Positions 1 through 15,170 of a DNA stretch of 64,000 nt are shown here, piece by piece (the first letter of the stretch is position 1; every line of letters starts with the position of its first letter). Origin of the DNA: the human T2T-CHM13v2.0 reference genome, Homo sapiens. The translations under genes were made by a program, and so were the position numbers. The notes under the pieces are model-generated. The model was not told the DNA's origin. It worked only from the letters and a program-made list of their open reading frames with translations, and ran no database searches. The stretch lies in NCBI RefSeq assembly GCF_009914755.1, contig NC_060925.1. One strand, given 5' to 3'.

Positions 1-295
<295 letters not shown>

Positions 296-1619
296 TCATT
301 GTCTTTCTTTCACTAAACTGTGAATGAACATCCTGACTACAAAAGACCAGTTTTTCACCTGCATCCACAATTAAGTGCTTGGCACATAGCAAGTGCCAAG
401 TGAGGGACAAAATGAATTAATATGAGTAAATGAATGAGACAACATTCCTTTGAAAAATAGTGGTCAGGTGAATTTGAGCTTTGCATATCATCCTCTTTGG
501 ATATTGGATTCTTGGATATGACATTTGGGGGCAACCCACCGGCTCGGTTTCTAGAATAGGCGCCTCCACTCAACGGAACAGAAGTGGAGAGATGAGGCGA
601 GCACGTTGTTTGAAGAAAGCCAACATCAATGCAACTGAGGCCAGACAAAGCGCTTGCCTGTCTTCAGAGCCCCAGGGACCCACCAGAATATCTGTCATCC
701 CTCAGTCTCCTGAAGGCTGCACCTCCCAGCCCATTAGAAATGCTAATCTCCAGCTTGGAGTGGGATTAACAGGCCCAGTGGGGAGGGCACAAGCCATCTT
801 CCCATCTTTATTAAGAGTGAAGGCTCTGCCCCCTCTTGCCCAGCTGCCCACAAAGGGCTGGAATCTGGGAATTCATTACAGCCTTTCTCATCAAGGAGGC
901 CTCTCCTGTCCAACATTATTTTAGGTGGAGAAAGGCGGGGGAGGGGGACCCATTTCAGCATCCCCCTCCCCACTTAACGCATCAGAGCCCATTTGTTTGA
1001 TGTCAGTTCCTGCTGGAGCACCGACCAGGCAGTGGGCCTCAGAGCAATTTAGAGCCACAGCTGTGGCCCGACAGCCCAGCCCCCAGCCCCCAGCCCCAGC
1101 CCCCAGCCCCCAACCCTCACTCCTACTCCCACCCCAGAATTTGCTGCTGATTAGCCCCAGCCACACACACACCCCAACCACCCCCCCAACCACCACCAGC
1201 AAGAAGCATGGCTTTGTGTAGACCTGGGACTCGGTTGAGTCTGATAAGGTCTGCACACAGACCCTCAGCCCTGGCCGGGGCTCACTGGAAACTCACCTCA
1301 CCCACACTGAACCCAAACAGGAGTTCTGACTGCTCAGCTTCGCGCAGAGACAACTGCAGAGAGTGAGAAGCTAGAGGACGGGATTCTTCCACACTGAAAC
1401 AAACACACACAAGGACATCTCCTGTGCTTAAAACCCCAAATACCTTCTCAAAAGGCTGAATCCTAGTAAACCAAGGGTCCAGGCTTGATCTGGGTACAGA
1501 GGTTGCAGATAGCATCTGGGGAGAGCTTTGTATAATAGAGAGGGGGAGATTTTGGACCTACAGGGCAATCCAGGGGGCAGCAACTGAGGAGCAAGAAACA
1601 GCAGAAAGGAGATTAGAGG

Positions 1620-1960
1620 AGTGGTTCTCAAAGGGTGGTCCCTAGACCGGCAGTATCAGAACCACCTGGGAACTTGTTAGCAGTATCAGAACCACCTGGG
1701 AACTTGTAGCAATTCACATTCTTGGCTGGGCACAGTGGCTCACGCCTGTAATCCTAGCACTTTGGGAGGCTGAGGCAGGTGGATCACTTGAGGCCAGGAA
1801 TTCAACACCAGCTTGGCCAACATGGTGAAACAAACCCCTTCTCTACTAAAAAACACATTCTTGGGCCTCACCCTATATCTACTGTATCAGAAACTCTGGG
1901 ATTTGTGTTCTCACAAACCCTCCAGGTGATGCTGATGCAGGCATCATGTTTGAGGCCCCT
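1620..1960. mobile_element. MER5A-like hAT DNA transposon interrupted by an Alu left monomer (1724-1852, TSD cacattctt)
   Basis: gtggttctcaaag... terminus; cacattctt on both sides of the monomer. Confidence 0.7.
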
Positions 1961-2427
1961 AGATGAGAGGGACACACTGAAAAACCTGTGTATGCCTGGA
2001 TGTGACCCTTCTTCACGTCCCCCGAATTGGCAATCAAGCCTACTACATTTGTGAATTTGCTTCTTGTGAATGGATGTTTTATGCAAACTAGCAAAGTTGC
2101 TGGACTTTACATCCAAATTGATGCAGGGCACAGAGACTGCAGAAGAATAGAGGGGTCAGAGCATGAACCCCCAGGAATTAGCAAAAATGGTGAGGGGGGC
2201 TTGGACTTTCACAGTCCATGGAATTGGCAGGGGACTGAGCTGTTTATACATTACTGTCAAAGAGGCAAGAAGGCACCAGATGGTATTTGGGTCACAACAC
2301 ATTTACATGTAAGTGACTTAAGAGGAGAAGGGGAACGAATATTGTTGAAACCAACTGCATGAGGCACAGTGATGTGCATTTCATGCCAATGCTCTCTTTT
2401 AGCCTGCACACCAGCCCTTTGACGTAG

Positions 2428-2775
<348 letters not shown>

Positions 2776-3174
2776 CAAATAGCAGAATAATTTGCCCAAG
2801 GTAAATGACAAAGCCAGAACTAGCTGCCAGTTTGGTCTGACTAAAAAACCTCCACTTTCACTACTGTGATTGGGGTATGAATGGGCCTCCCTGTGAAGAA
2901 TCAGCCCTGGTGCCTGTGCCTCAAAGGCATCATGCCAGAGCAGCCCCTGCCAACTCTCCAACATGTCCCCGCAACCGTTCGCCCCCCTCCTCCGCTCTGG
3001 GTAGCAGGACGTGCAGGCTCCTGAATGCCCCAGGAAACCCCAGGAGAAGGTTGTGGGTGCCATGCAGCTCGTGGTCACATGATGAGGGGGCAGCAAATTA
3101 CAGGTGCTCAGCTTTCTGCAAATGTGCCCTAAGTACCAAGTAAGAGCCAGGACTCTGCAGACAGGTCAGGCACT

Positions 3175-3330
3175 AGCTGTGTGACCTCAGGCAACTGACT
3201 GAACCTCTCTTTGCCTGAGTTTCCTCATCTACAAAATAAGGGTTGTCATTGTAGCTACTTTGTAGGTTGTTGTAAGGATCAAATCAATTGAAATGTGAAA
3301 AGTGTCTGAGGCATAGGAAGCACTATATAA
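3175..3330 (+). mobile_element. MIR
   Basis: gtgtgacctcaggcaa...tttcctcatctacaaaat core. Confidence 0.7.
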
Positions 3331-6172
3331 TAATGTATTACATTTAAATAAATGAATGAATCACTTTACACTTTCCCCTCTGCTGTCTACCCAAATGTTC
3401 TTCCAGACTCGACACCCTCCTTCAAAAACCCTCCCAATCCTTCAAAGCAGGCTCAAATCCATTTCTCATAATCCCCTTGGCCCACGGGGCTAGCTCTCTC
3501 GAGAGCTTTTCTCAACCTTCTTGCTCCTCCAGCAGGGACTTGTCTGACATTGCAGAGACTTTCTCCTGTATCTGGCCAGGCTGCAAACCTGCGGAGGGCA
3601 GGGCCAGTACTTTACGCCTCTTGTACCTTTGTGGCCCCCAGTCCTGTGCCCCACACATAGTGTGTGGGGGTCCATAAATACATGTTGACTGATCCTTGGG
3701 ACCCGCAGTCCCTGCAGGGTAACCAGATCCCATTTGTATTCAAGCTGTCTGCGTTACTGTATTTATTGGCCGGCTAGTGGTTTAGTCCATGGTGTATAGG
3801 GGTTAGGGATGAGGAGGGGGCAGGCAATATTTCTCTTCCTAAAAGCAAGTTTACCAGGTTCCAAGTGGCTGGATGTAAGGGCCAGTGATGAGTGTTGAGA
3901 GCTGGGGTTCACTCTACAGCCCCATTAATTAACTTTCCCCAAGTCCCCTAAGTGCTCTTGCCTCCCGTTAAAGGCCAGCAACCCACCGTCATTCATCAGA
4001 AAGGACAGTCCATCCTTCACTTCCCTCCCTCCTGCTCCTTCTAGCTCCAGCCTGGCTGTTAGGACACACTATGACCCTCAACTCACCCAACAACCCGTGT
4101 GGCAGAAGAGGATAAGGCTGGATGTCCAAAGGCCTGGGTTTGCCCCAAGAATGACCCCAGGACAGGACTCAGCCAATGTCCTTTTCACAAGCCCCACAGC
4201 ACTGGGTCCCCATGGATGTGGATGCGGTTACCTCTCTGGGGTCATTTTACACCAAGATATAGGAGCCTGACTCCCAAGCTTAGAGCTTCTTCCGGGCCAT
4301 AGGCATTCGGGGTTCCTTCCTTCTCAACACTGACAACACCCCTCCTCAGGGAAAGATGGTCTGGCGAAGACCGACATCAATGCAGTCAGCCCTAAGACCC
4401 AGAGGAGCTCACGTCTTCCATCCTTCTCCCTACCGAGTCCCAGCAACAATCTCCGTGAAAAGCAAAAAACACACAGAAAATCTTTCCTTCCAAATTACTG
4501 CATCAACCTCCTTCCCAAGTTTTCTGCAGGGCGTGCCCTGGTGTGGCTGGCATGGGTGAGGCCGCTGGCTGACTGCGGGGAACGTGCACAGGGCCCACCC
4601 AGGACCCCAGGAGACCCCCTAGTCCCCTCTCAATTATGTGCCTGTGGTTCAGACCCATGGAATGTCAGGGCTGGAGTAAGCCCAGGTCCAGTCCCCTTGT
4701 CTTACAGATTCCACACACCAAGTGCTAAATCCAAAACTGGCTCCCATACCGCACAGCAAATGTACCCCCCCACCTTCCACATGAGCTAATGCGTCCTCAG
4801 AGAAAGCAGACTCACATTTCAAATGACGGCCACCAGACCTCATCTGAAAGAGCTGAGGGCTTTTCCGGGAGGAAAAAATACACAAACTTAGAAATAGACT
4901 CATTCCAAAGCCAAATAGCAATCATCTGGGATTTTCGGCTGCCCCAGACCCTCCACAGCCCACGATCCTCCTATGAAAGCTGGCAGCTAGGGCTGTGGCC
5001 AGTTTGGGAAAGTTGAAGGCAGGCACAGGCAAGATGGTAAATCTCAGGCAGCTCATCCCATGCTAAGCTGAAGAATTTGTAGGTGTGACTTTGGTTCCCA
5101 GAAGCAGACTCCAGACCAGGGCCTCTACACCCCCTTTCTTCCCTCTCCCTAACCCCGACATGCACCTCCTTCCATTTACCATTCCCCAGCCCCTCCTCAG
5201 AGCCCTCAGACCACTCTCGCAGGTCCATCAGTGGCTTTTAAGTGAGTCCCCAGCTTTCATCCTATTAGTGAGCCGGGGAGTAATTACGACTTCATTAGCC
5301 AAATAGGTTCTTGGTTCAGAGACTCCCTCCTACAAAACAAAACACACACCCGCTCCCCTCCATCTGAAGTCTGTCCCCGGAGGCCTGCAGCTAACAATGC
5401 AGTGGCTTCGGGGAAAGCCAGCAGGAAAGGGGGAAGGAGAGAGGGGAGGCCGGCCATGGGGAGGAGGCCCCCCGCCCTCCTCCAGGGCGCATCTGTCAGC
5501 TGGCCCCATAGAGACCTGTGACAGGGAGAGGGATGACACTCCAGCAAATGAGGCCGTGACCCCTCCGAGCCGTCTGCTGTCCCTTGCCCTCTGGCCTTGC
5601 TCACCCCTCCAGTTATGGGCTTAACCCATGGCCAGTGCACTTCACAGATGGGCAGGCAGCCTCCTCAGCTGAAGGCTCTCTGGGCTAATGTCCAGGGCCT
5701 CCAGAGGGCAGGGTAGTCCTGGCTCCCCCGCCCCATCTCCCACCCTATACTTCAGCTGCTGCAGCTCCAGGAGCAAGGAAGCCATGGGTCTGCCAGAAAG
5801 GACAAAGCTGTGACCCCAACCTCCCTGGCCAGGGGAACTTTAGCCAGCCCGCGGCCACCAGACCAGGCAGGCAGGTCCTGGGAAAAATGCCACAACCCCC
5901 GGCCTCTTATCTGTCATCCCACACCTCAGCATTAGAAAGAGTTTTCTTTGGGTCTGTATGAGCTCTGCATTGCAATTAAAACCATCCACACTTGGGCAAT
6001 CGCGTACCCTCCTTCTCTTTTCCTATTCTTTTAATGGATTTTAGGAGCATGGAGTCTAATCCTCCTGCCTCTGAGTGGGACCCAGCTAGCCTAGTCTATG
6101 CCAAATCTTCCTGAGTTTCTCTAGCCAAACAATGCTAATCACAACGTCCCGCCTCTCCGCCAGGTCAGGTAA

Positions 6173-6501
<329 letters not shown>

Positions 6502-7574
6502 TCCATCACTCCCATTGCCCACTCTCCGCTAGGAGAAGAGGCAGGCTCCCTGCAGACCCTCTGGCATGTGCCTCTTTGTCCATGCAGCTTCCAAAGAGAA
6601 CTGGCTGCTTCTTCTGGGGGCTTTGCAAGTAACAGCTGATGAATTCTCATTCCTGCTGAGGGCCCCTCTGCTTGGGTCCTCCACCGGCAAGATGCCATCT
6701 GCTGAGGCTGGACCCAGAGGCAGAGGGATAGATGAGATGACCTCCAGACAGCCTTGCCATTTACAAGACTCCAAGCTATGTACAGCCTTGGCCCTGGCTC
6801 TGGCTCTAACTTGACCCCATTCTGTCCCCAGGTCCAACGACTCAGCCTCCATCCTCCCTCCCCACCACCCCAATCTACAACCAGTCCAGAAGCCAGGCAA
6901 GAGGACCTCTGCTCCTTGCCCTTCAAGGAAAAGGAGTCCTCAGAGGCCAGCCCAGCTGTACACACTGCGCCCCTGCTTGTGTTCCCTGAAAGCAACCGTC
7001 CTTTTGTTAATTCTGCCATTTCCCAAAGTGCCAGGAGCATCTCATCTGACAGCCACAGCATCTGTTCTTCTCACTCTCCAGAAGGTTGGGTGGGAGCCGT
7101 GCCAGCTTTTCCCCAAGGCTCTCCCAGCCTCACGTTCCTTCTGCCTGAGTTGGACACCCTGCTCACCTGGTCCCCTGGGGGCACCTCCAGTTCCCTCTCT
7201 GCATCCCTGGCCCCTGGCACCTCTTCCTATGACCACGGTTGGCAGCCTCGATAGCCATCTCCCCTCCCGGGGTCAAGCTCACCTGGCCAAGCAGATGGGC
7301 ACCTATCCTCTTCCTTAGGGAAATGCAGGGAAAGTGGCTGTTTTCCATTTGAGGCCTGCCCAGGGCCCCTAGCAGGTATAGGAGCCACAGGCTGCCAAGG
7401 AAGGGAGAAGACTCATGCTTGGTCCTTTCCAGGGCCCCCTCCCTCGGTACATACAGCCTTTGGAATGCTCCATTGATTCCAAAGCAGTGAAGTTCTGGCT
7501 AGTTCCCCAGCCCATAAGACCCACTGGGAGTCTGGCCTGGCCCTGCCCTAAGCTTTAGCACGGGGCTCCTTCGG

Positions 7575-7750
7575 GCCGGGAAATTCTTAGGTGGTGGGGG
7601 CTGACCTGTGCACTGTAGGATGCTTAGCAGCGTCCTCACCTCTACCCACTAGATGCCAACAACACACCTTCTACCCCACACACACTCCCACTGTGATAAC
7701 TACAAATGCCGCCAGACCTTGCCAAATGGCCCCCTAGTTGACAACCACTG
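7575..7750. mobile_element. MER20-like DNA transposon fragment
   Basis: ctgtgcactgtaggatg...ctctacccactagatgcca...gttgacaaccactg. Confidence 0.7.
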
Positions 7751-7849
7751 AGCTAAGGCAAAAAAGAAACCCAACACCTAAGTGTCAGTGACTGACATCC
7801 CCCTGGTTTCTGATTCCTAGGCTGCAGGTGACAGAGGCATGGCTTAAAC

Positions 7850-8120
7850 CAGGGATCAGCAAACATTTTCTGTAGAAAGCCAGATAGTAAATATCTTCAG
7901 CTTTGTTGAATGAATATCTTCATACAGCCTCTGTTGCAACTACTCGACTGCCGATGTGGCATAAAAGCAGCCACAGACAATATATAAATGAATGAGCGTG
8001 GCTGTGTTCCAATTAATCTTTATTTATGAACACTGAAATTTCAATTTCATATGATTTTTATGTGTCGCGACATCTTCTGATTTTTTCAACCATTTAAAAA
8101 TGTAAAATGCATTCTTAGCA
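7850..8120. mobile_element. MER58-like DNA transposon
   Basis: cagggatcagcaaac...agccagatagtaaatat...tggctgtgttccaat. Confidence 0.7.
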
Positions 8121-8801
8121 CACTCTATGCCGCTGGCTTACAGGAGCTCAGAGGGATCAAAACACCTGGGGCCCTGTTGACCGGCTCCTAGGAGATTAAC
8201 AAAGCCAAGGGCAGGGTTTGAAGTTGTGAATGAAGTCCTGCGCCTCTAGGACAGGGAGGAAGATCATTCTTTGGCCCAGTAACTCCAGGTACTGTTTTTA
8301 GTGGGGAAACCCCACTGACCTGAGCAGGACCAGCCACGTAACTTGCAGTGAGTGCCCAATGCAAAATGAGAATACTAGGCCCCTTGTTTAAAAGTGATTG
8401 TAAATTCCAAGACAGCAGCAGAAAAGCATTAAACCAAGCATGGGGCCCTTCTGAGCACAGACTCTACACACAGGCTGGGGATCCAGAAAGGTGGCCCTGG
8501 ACCTCAGTCTACCTCCCAGAGAGGTCTGCACCCACCTCACAGCCTCTGCCAGCTCAGGCTCATCCTCTGACCCTGGTGGACAGCTTCTCCCAGGGGCCCT
8601 GCATGATGACACCTGGCTGAGGCAGTGAATAAAGAGTTAAACCTGGCTCATGCTCCCTCTCCATGCTGTGTGCCCTGGTGCAATTCTGCGTCTGCTTTTT
8701 GGGGTAATTTGCTCAACTTAGGTTGGTACTGGTCCTGCCTCCAGGGCACCCAGGGTGGAGAGAGAAGTAGCCACTTGTGCCCCAACACAATTGGTTGTTT
8801 A

Positions 8802-9686
<885 letters not shown>

Positions 9687-10304
9687 CTACAGGGAGAGCC
9701 CAGAGCGGGCCTGGAGAGAGAGACTGCTGGCCTACATCTTGAGAGCCAGGGGAATTTAACCAGGTATACATAAGAGAGAAAAGTGCTATTACAAGCACGG
9801 AACAGCACAAAGAGAGTGAAATGAGAGAGTCCAACCCCTTCCAGAAATGGCAAGTGGGTCAATCAGGCTGAAGTAAGTCAGGAGAAGGCAAGAGAAGAAG
9901 GTAGACTGAGGAAGGATCAGACTACACTATCCCAATGAGCCCTGTGTGGCGTGGGAAGGAGCCTGGAATCTTACCTGGAGGCAAGAGATGCTGGAGAATT
10001 TTTAGCAGGAGAGTAACTGGATCTGATTTGCATCTTTGGTAGCTCATTCTGACTGTGGATCTGGAGAGTGAATGGGAGGGGTGAGACTGGAAGGCCTGGT
10101 GAGGATGTAACAATGCAGGTGAAAACTAGGGAGGGCCAGAGCTAAGACTGGGAGGAAGGCTGGGAAGGCAGAGGATACATAGAAGAGGCCTTTCGGGGGC
10201 AACAGAGTCAGCAGGCCTGAGTGGTTGGCAGGACTTGGGGGTGGGGTTGAGGAGAGAGAGGAGCCACAGAAGATGGAACAGTTTGGAGGGTGCCATTCAT
10301 GGAG

Positions 10305-10650
10305 GCAGGTGTCTCCCACAAAATAATATGTTAAAACCTAAACCCTCAATGTGATACCATTAGGAGGCACAGCCTTTAGCAGGTAATTAGGTCATGAGGG
10401 TGGAGCTCCTATGAATGGGATCAGTGCCCTTATAAGAAGAGACAAGAGAGCTTGCTCTGTTGCTCTCTGCCATGTGATGATCCAATGAGAAGATGGCCAT
10501 CTGCACACCAGGAAGGGAGCCCTCACCAGACACTGTCTGCTGATGCCTTGATCCTGGACTTTTCAGCCTCCAGAACTGTGAGCAATACAATTCCATTGTT
10601 TCAGCCACCCAGTCTGTGGTATTCTGTTAGCAGCCCAAGTTACTAATACA
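10305..10650 (+). mobile_element. MaLR solo LTR (MLT1A-like)
   Basis: ggtcatgagggtggagc...cccttataagaagag...cagcctccagaactgtgag...ctaataca. Confidence 0.8.
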
Positions 10651-10693
10651 GCAAGGAACCCAGGAGGAGAAGCAGATAGAGAGGGTGAAAGTA

Positions 10694-11061
10694 TGTATCA
10701 ATCAGGGTTTATGATTGGGTTTATGAAGTTTATTTCAAGAAATTGACTTACAATTTGGGGGTTGGCAAGTCGGTTTTCTGTAGGGCAAGCCAGCAGCCTG
10801 GAAACTCTCAGGCATGAACTGATGCTGCAGGCTGGGGGCAGAACTGCTTACGTCTCAGGGAAACCTCTGTGCTCCTTAGGCCTTGCAACTGATTGGATGA
10901 AGACTATCCCCATTATCGAGAATAATCTTACTTAAAGCCAACTGACTGAAGATGTTAACCATGTCTACAAAATGCCTTCACAGCAATACCTAGATTCATG
11001 TTTGATTAAATGACTGTGTACTATAGCCTTGCCATGTTGACCCATAAAACTGACCATCACA
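10694..11061 (-). mobile_element. ERVL LTR (MLT2-like)
   Basis: tgtat..tcagggtt...ttgacccataaaactgaccatcaca termini. Confidence 0.7.
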
Positions 11062-11149
11062 GGTGGGGGTTTGAGTATCCTGTGGTGACATGAGAGGCCC
11101 ATGGGCATCCAAGTGAAGACCTGTGGCTGGCCAGCACAGGTCTGAGCTC

Positions 11150-11880
11150 CGTGTCGAAGGACCCTTCCAGGTCTATGTCACCTCATCTACGACCTGCTGC
11201 AATGCCTGACTCGTCAGCCTTCCGATCTCCAGGTAGGCGTCTGTTCTGTGCACTCCACCCTCCCTGCCGCCCCATAGTAGACTCTTCAAAACACAAGTCT
11301 CAGCCTTGCAGGTGTTGCTTACATCCTCAGATCCTTCCAACTGTTCCCCCGTTGCCCTTGATAAAGGCCCCAAGGGCTTATAATGCTCATCGTGGACTGG
11401 CCACAGCCTACGCCTCCAGCCTCATCCCTTCCTTGCACCCTCAACTCCAGGCATGCTAACCAACTCCCTTTCAAATCTGCCATGCTGTCACCTTTGCACA
11501 AGCTGTTGCTTCTTCCTGGCACCATCTCTTCCCTGCCTCCTCCAGCTCGTACCACAAACACCTGGTCTACCTGGTAAACTCAGAGTCTTCCTTCAAGACA
11601 CAGTTAAAATGTTTTCTCATTCCCAAGCCTCACCAGGCAAAGGCAGATGCCCCTCCATGATACTTCGTGCCAACTTGGGTTATAGCATTTGCAGGATTGG
11701 ATTCTGATTATTTGTACACGTCATTCCCACCATTAAACTGTGAGCTCCTCATGAGCACTCACCGTGCCTTATTCTCCTCTGTATCCCAGCACTTGGTGCA
11801 ATACCTGATACAAGAGGTACTTGGCATTTGCTTGTTAAATGAATGTATGTAGGTATAGGTGAATGGATGAATGAATACCA
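11150..11880 (+). mobile_element. L2 LINE 3' fragment (donor of the 8.8-kb duplication)
   Basis: cctttgcacaagctgtt..., tgtgagctcc, tgtatcccagcac and terminal gaat repeats typical of L2 3' ends. Confidence 0.65.
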
Positions 11881-14800
11881 TATTTTCTAACAATTTCTGG
11901 TTATTGTTTATTGAACACATCTTTTGTGCCAAACACTGTGCTAGAAGCTTTCAGTCCTGAATCAGTCTAGGTTCTCAGTTGCAGGCAGCATAAATAGACT
12001 TTGGCCATTGTAAACAGAAATGGAATTCACCAGAAGGCTATCAAGTCGATCACAGAATCAATGGAAAGACTAAAGAAGTCGACTGAGAAATGGGCAGGAG
12101 CCAACACAGGCCAGCCAGCAGAGACAGGCTGAGGTCACATCTGGGCAACGTCCAGCCAGGACGCCACCGCTGGCATCACCCACACTGGACACTCCCTTCA
12201 CTGATGCCAGAACCTTGAAATGCCCGCTGCCTCCTCCACTGTCCAACATGTATGTGTACCTCGCCTCGGCTGATCCACGCAGCTCTCTGAAGCAGAGCCT
12301 CTCCTCCACTTTACAGATGATGAAATTGAGTCTTAGAAGCCTATGGTCACACAGCCAATCAATAAGGTGGGTGGAATTGGAATCAAGATCTGTCTGACTC
12401 CAAGGCCTTCCAACCACTCTGCACTGTCTCCTTCCCGGGGGCACCACTGACATTGTTCTTCATGAAGGAGCTCCCTGTGTAACGCTACACAGCAGCCCCG
12501 AGATTCCACATTGACGTGGGCTGATTGAAACTGCTTCCAAGAGGTTGTACATCAGACACCCAGAGATCCTGGAAAACAGGGGTCTGGCCTAAGGCTCAGG
12601 GAGGCCTGCAGAATCTAGTAAAGGACTCCAATGTCCCCACCTGCCCCTTCCAGCTCCCATGTTCCATGGCTGCCTATTAGCCACCCCGGGCAGGCTTAGT
12701 AAAGGGCAGACAGAGCAAAAGGTTATCGACTCTTCAGCCCAGCCCACTTCCAGGGTCACAGCTGCCCCCAAGACTGTTCTGTCATATCCTCTGGATGGCA
12801 TGGCTTTTACCGGGACCAAAAGATGTCCCCACCAGGAACGTCCTCCTTAAACCCAGATGACCTGGGGCAGTCAAGGACAGAGCTCCAGGCAGGGAACCCA
12901 CGCACCCAGTCCTAGCCCAGCCCCACCTCCACTGCTCTGTGACCTTGGCCCAATCATTTCACCTTTCTGGCTTTGCTTTCTTTGTGACTCAATCCCTCTC
13001 TACTGTCCTGCCCTCCTGCCCTCCCACCTTCCACACCAGCCAAATTGTTTCATAAAAAAAGAACTCAGGGTTCTTTGAGCTCTTTGGAGAGACCACATAA
13101 ATGCAGGGCATTATTAGCATCATTACTATTAAATATTAATAATGACATTAGCATCATCTATTATAAGCCTGAAAAAGGAGCTGCAAGAGACCTGGGTTGA
13201 AATGGCAAAGAGAATAATTAGGCCCCTCCAGGCCACAGACCCCTCTGGGCCCTCACATGAAATTAGGAAGGCAAATGCAGACAGGGCATTGAGATCTTCC
13301 TTCCAGCACCCCTGCTAGGTCAACTTGGCTTCTCCAGGCATTACACAAATCATGGCCTTCCCAGGCCCCACATCTTGGCTCCTGCCACACCACATGCCCC
13401 CATGCCAGAAACACATTCCCCACCTCCTCTCTGTCCATCCAGGCTCAATTCAAGATGCACCCACCCACCCCCACTGAAAGCTTCACCCACATCCTACCTC
13501 CCTCTCTCCTCATCCTCTGAATGGTTACTATAGCTACTCTCCTTCATTCATTCACCCAGTCAACAAATATTTATTGAGTCTCCACCATGCACCAGGCACT
13601 GTGCTAAACAGGAGGGTGGGGGACTGGGAGAATACGGACTGATGAGATAATCCCTACCTTTTGGACTGCATAGCTGAGGGAATGGCCATCAGTATTTGAT
13701 ATGGCACTTTGCAATTCAAAGTGCTTTTAAAAACCATTATGTTTAATTCACATATCCTCACTACCATCCTAGATAGGAGTAGGATCATTCCTATTTTACT
13801 GGTGAAGAAATGGATTATCTGGGCGATTAAGTGTCATTCTGTTACTTGCCCAGAGTCATCCAGGTAGGAGTGACAGAGCTGGGACAGAGTCCAGTTCTCT
13901 TGACTACAAATCCAGAGCCACCCCAACCACTTGCAGCCCTTACTGCTCTGCCTCATATCCTTGTTTTACAGATGAGGGAGGCTAAATCCCAAAAGGGAAA
14001 TACTGACATTTATTGAGCACCTGCTGTGCTAGCTACTTCACGTGTAACTCAACACTCACATCAACTCAGTGAGGTATGTGTCTTCATCCCCATATTCTGG
14101 GTGAAGAGGTATGTGGCTTGCCCATGGCCTCACATCTCCTCAGTAGCAGGACTGGGTGTCAAACGGGTCTGTCTGCAGAGCTTTTCCTTATGGCCATATC
14201 AGTTTTCCCCAGAGCTGTGGATGGACAGTCCTGTTACCACTGTCACACTGCTTCCAAAAAGGTCACTGGCACTTTGAAGACCGCATCCCCTGGCTCTTGG
14301 ATCCCTACATTCCAGGCAGAGGAGCTGCTCCATAAATACATGGCCTCCTGGGAAAAGGGTCTGGGCAAAGATGCTGGTGGCGGGAGAGGCCAGGAAAGGA
14401 GAGGTGAGGCGGGGGAGTGGTGAGGAAAGAGACAGCAAAGCTGCAGCATCCTGGGGCCATGGCAGGGTCTCATCTCCTCCCCACTTGTCCCCAGGGATGG
14501 GGCCTAGAGGTCCCTTCTTGATCGGTTAGAGACCCACTGGATTCCATTGCTATCAATCTTGTGTGGCTACAGTAGGAAGAAGCAGATGGTCTGGGCAGGG
14601 TTGGGTGGCCCTCAAAATGCTTTCTGACCCCCACCCACCACCACCAAGGGAGCACCACATGTTTGCGGACAAATTTATAAGCCATTTGACTAGCCACCTG
14701 ATTATCTTCACTGGCCCTTTCTTGCCCTGTTTGAAAGTCTGTGGGGACTCAACTTTGAGATGTGGAGTCCCAGCTCTGGACAACATGGAGTCATATTGAT

Positions 14801-14981
14801 CAGCCACAGAAAGGAGAGGTGGCCCTTATGGTCAGCTGCACTGAAGATTGTGGGCTCTGGATGTCACCAAAGAAGAAGAAACTGTTCTGCCCCCTATTTT
14901 GCCCACCTCAAAAGAACAGACAGTAGGTAGCTGGAGTCCATGGCACGGTGGCTAAGCCAGGATGCTGGAGGCCGATCCCAG

Positions 14982-15170
14982 GCCTCACTCTGTCATCTAG
15001 GCTGGAGTGCAGTGGCACGATCACAGCTCACTGCAGGCTTAACCTCCCAGGCTCAGGTGATCTTTCTACCTCAGCCTCCTAGGTAGCTGGGACTACAGGT
15101 GTGCACTGCCACACTGGCTAATTTTTGTGTGTTTTTTGTTGAGACGGGGTTTCGCCACGTTGCCCAGGGT
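14982..15170 (-). mobile_element. Partial Alu (AluJ-like)
   Basis: Right arm plus linker; both ends truncated. Confidence 0.85.
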
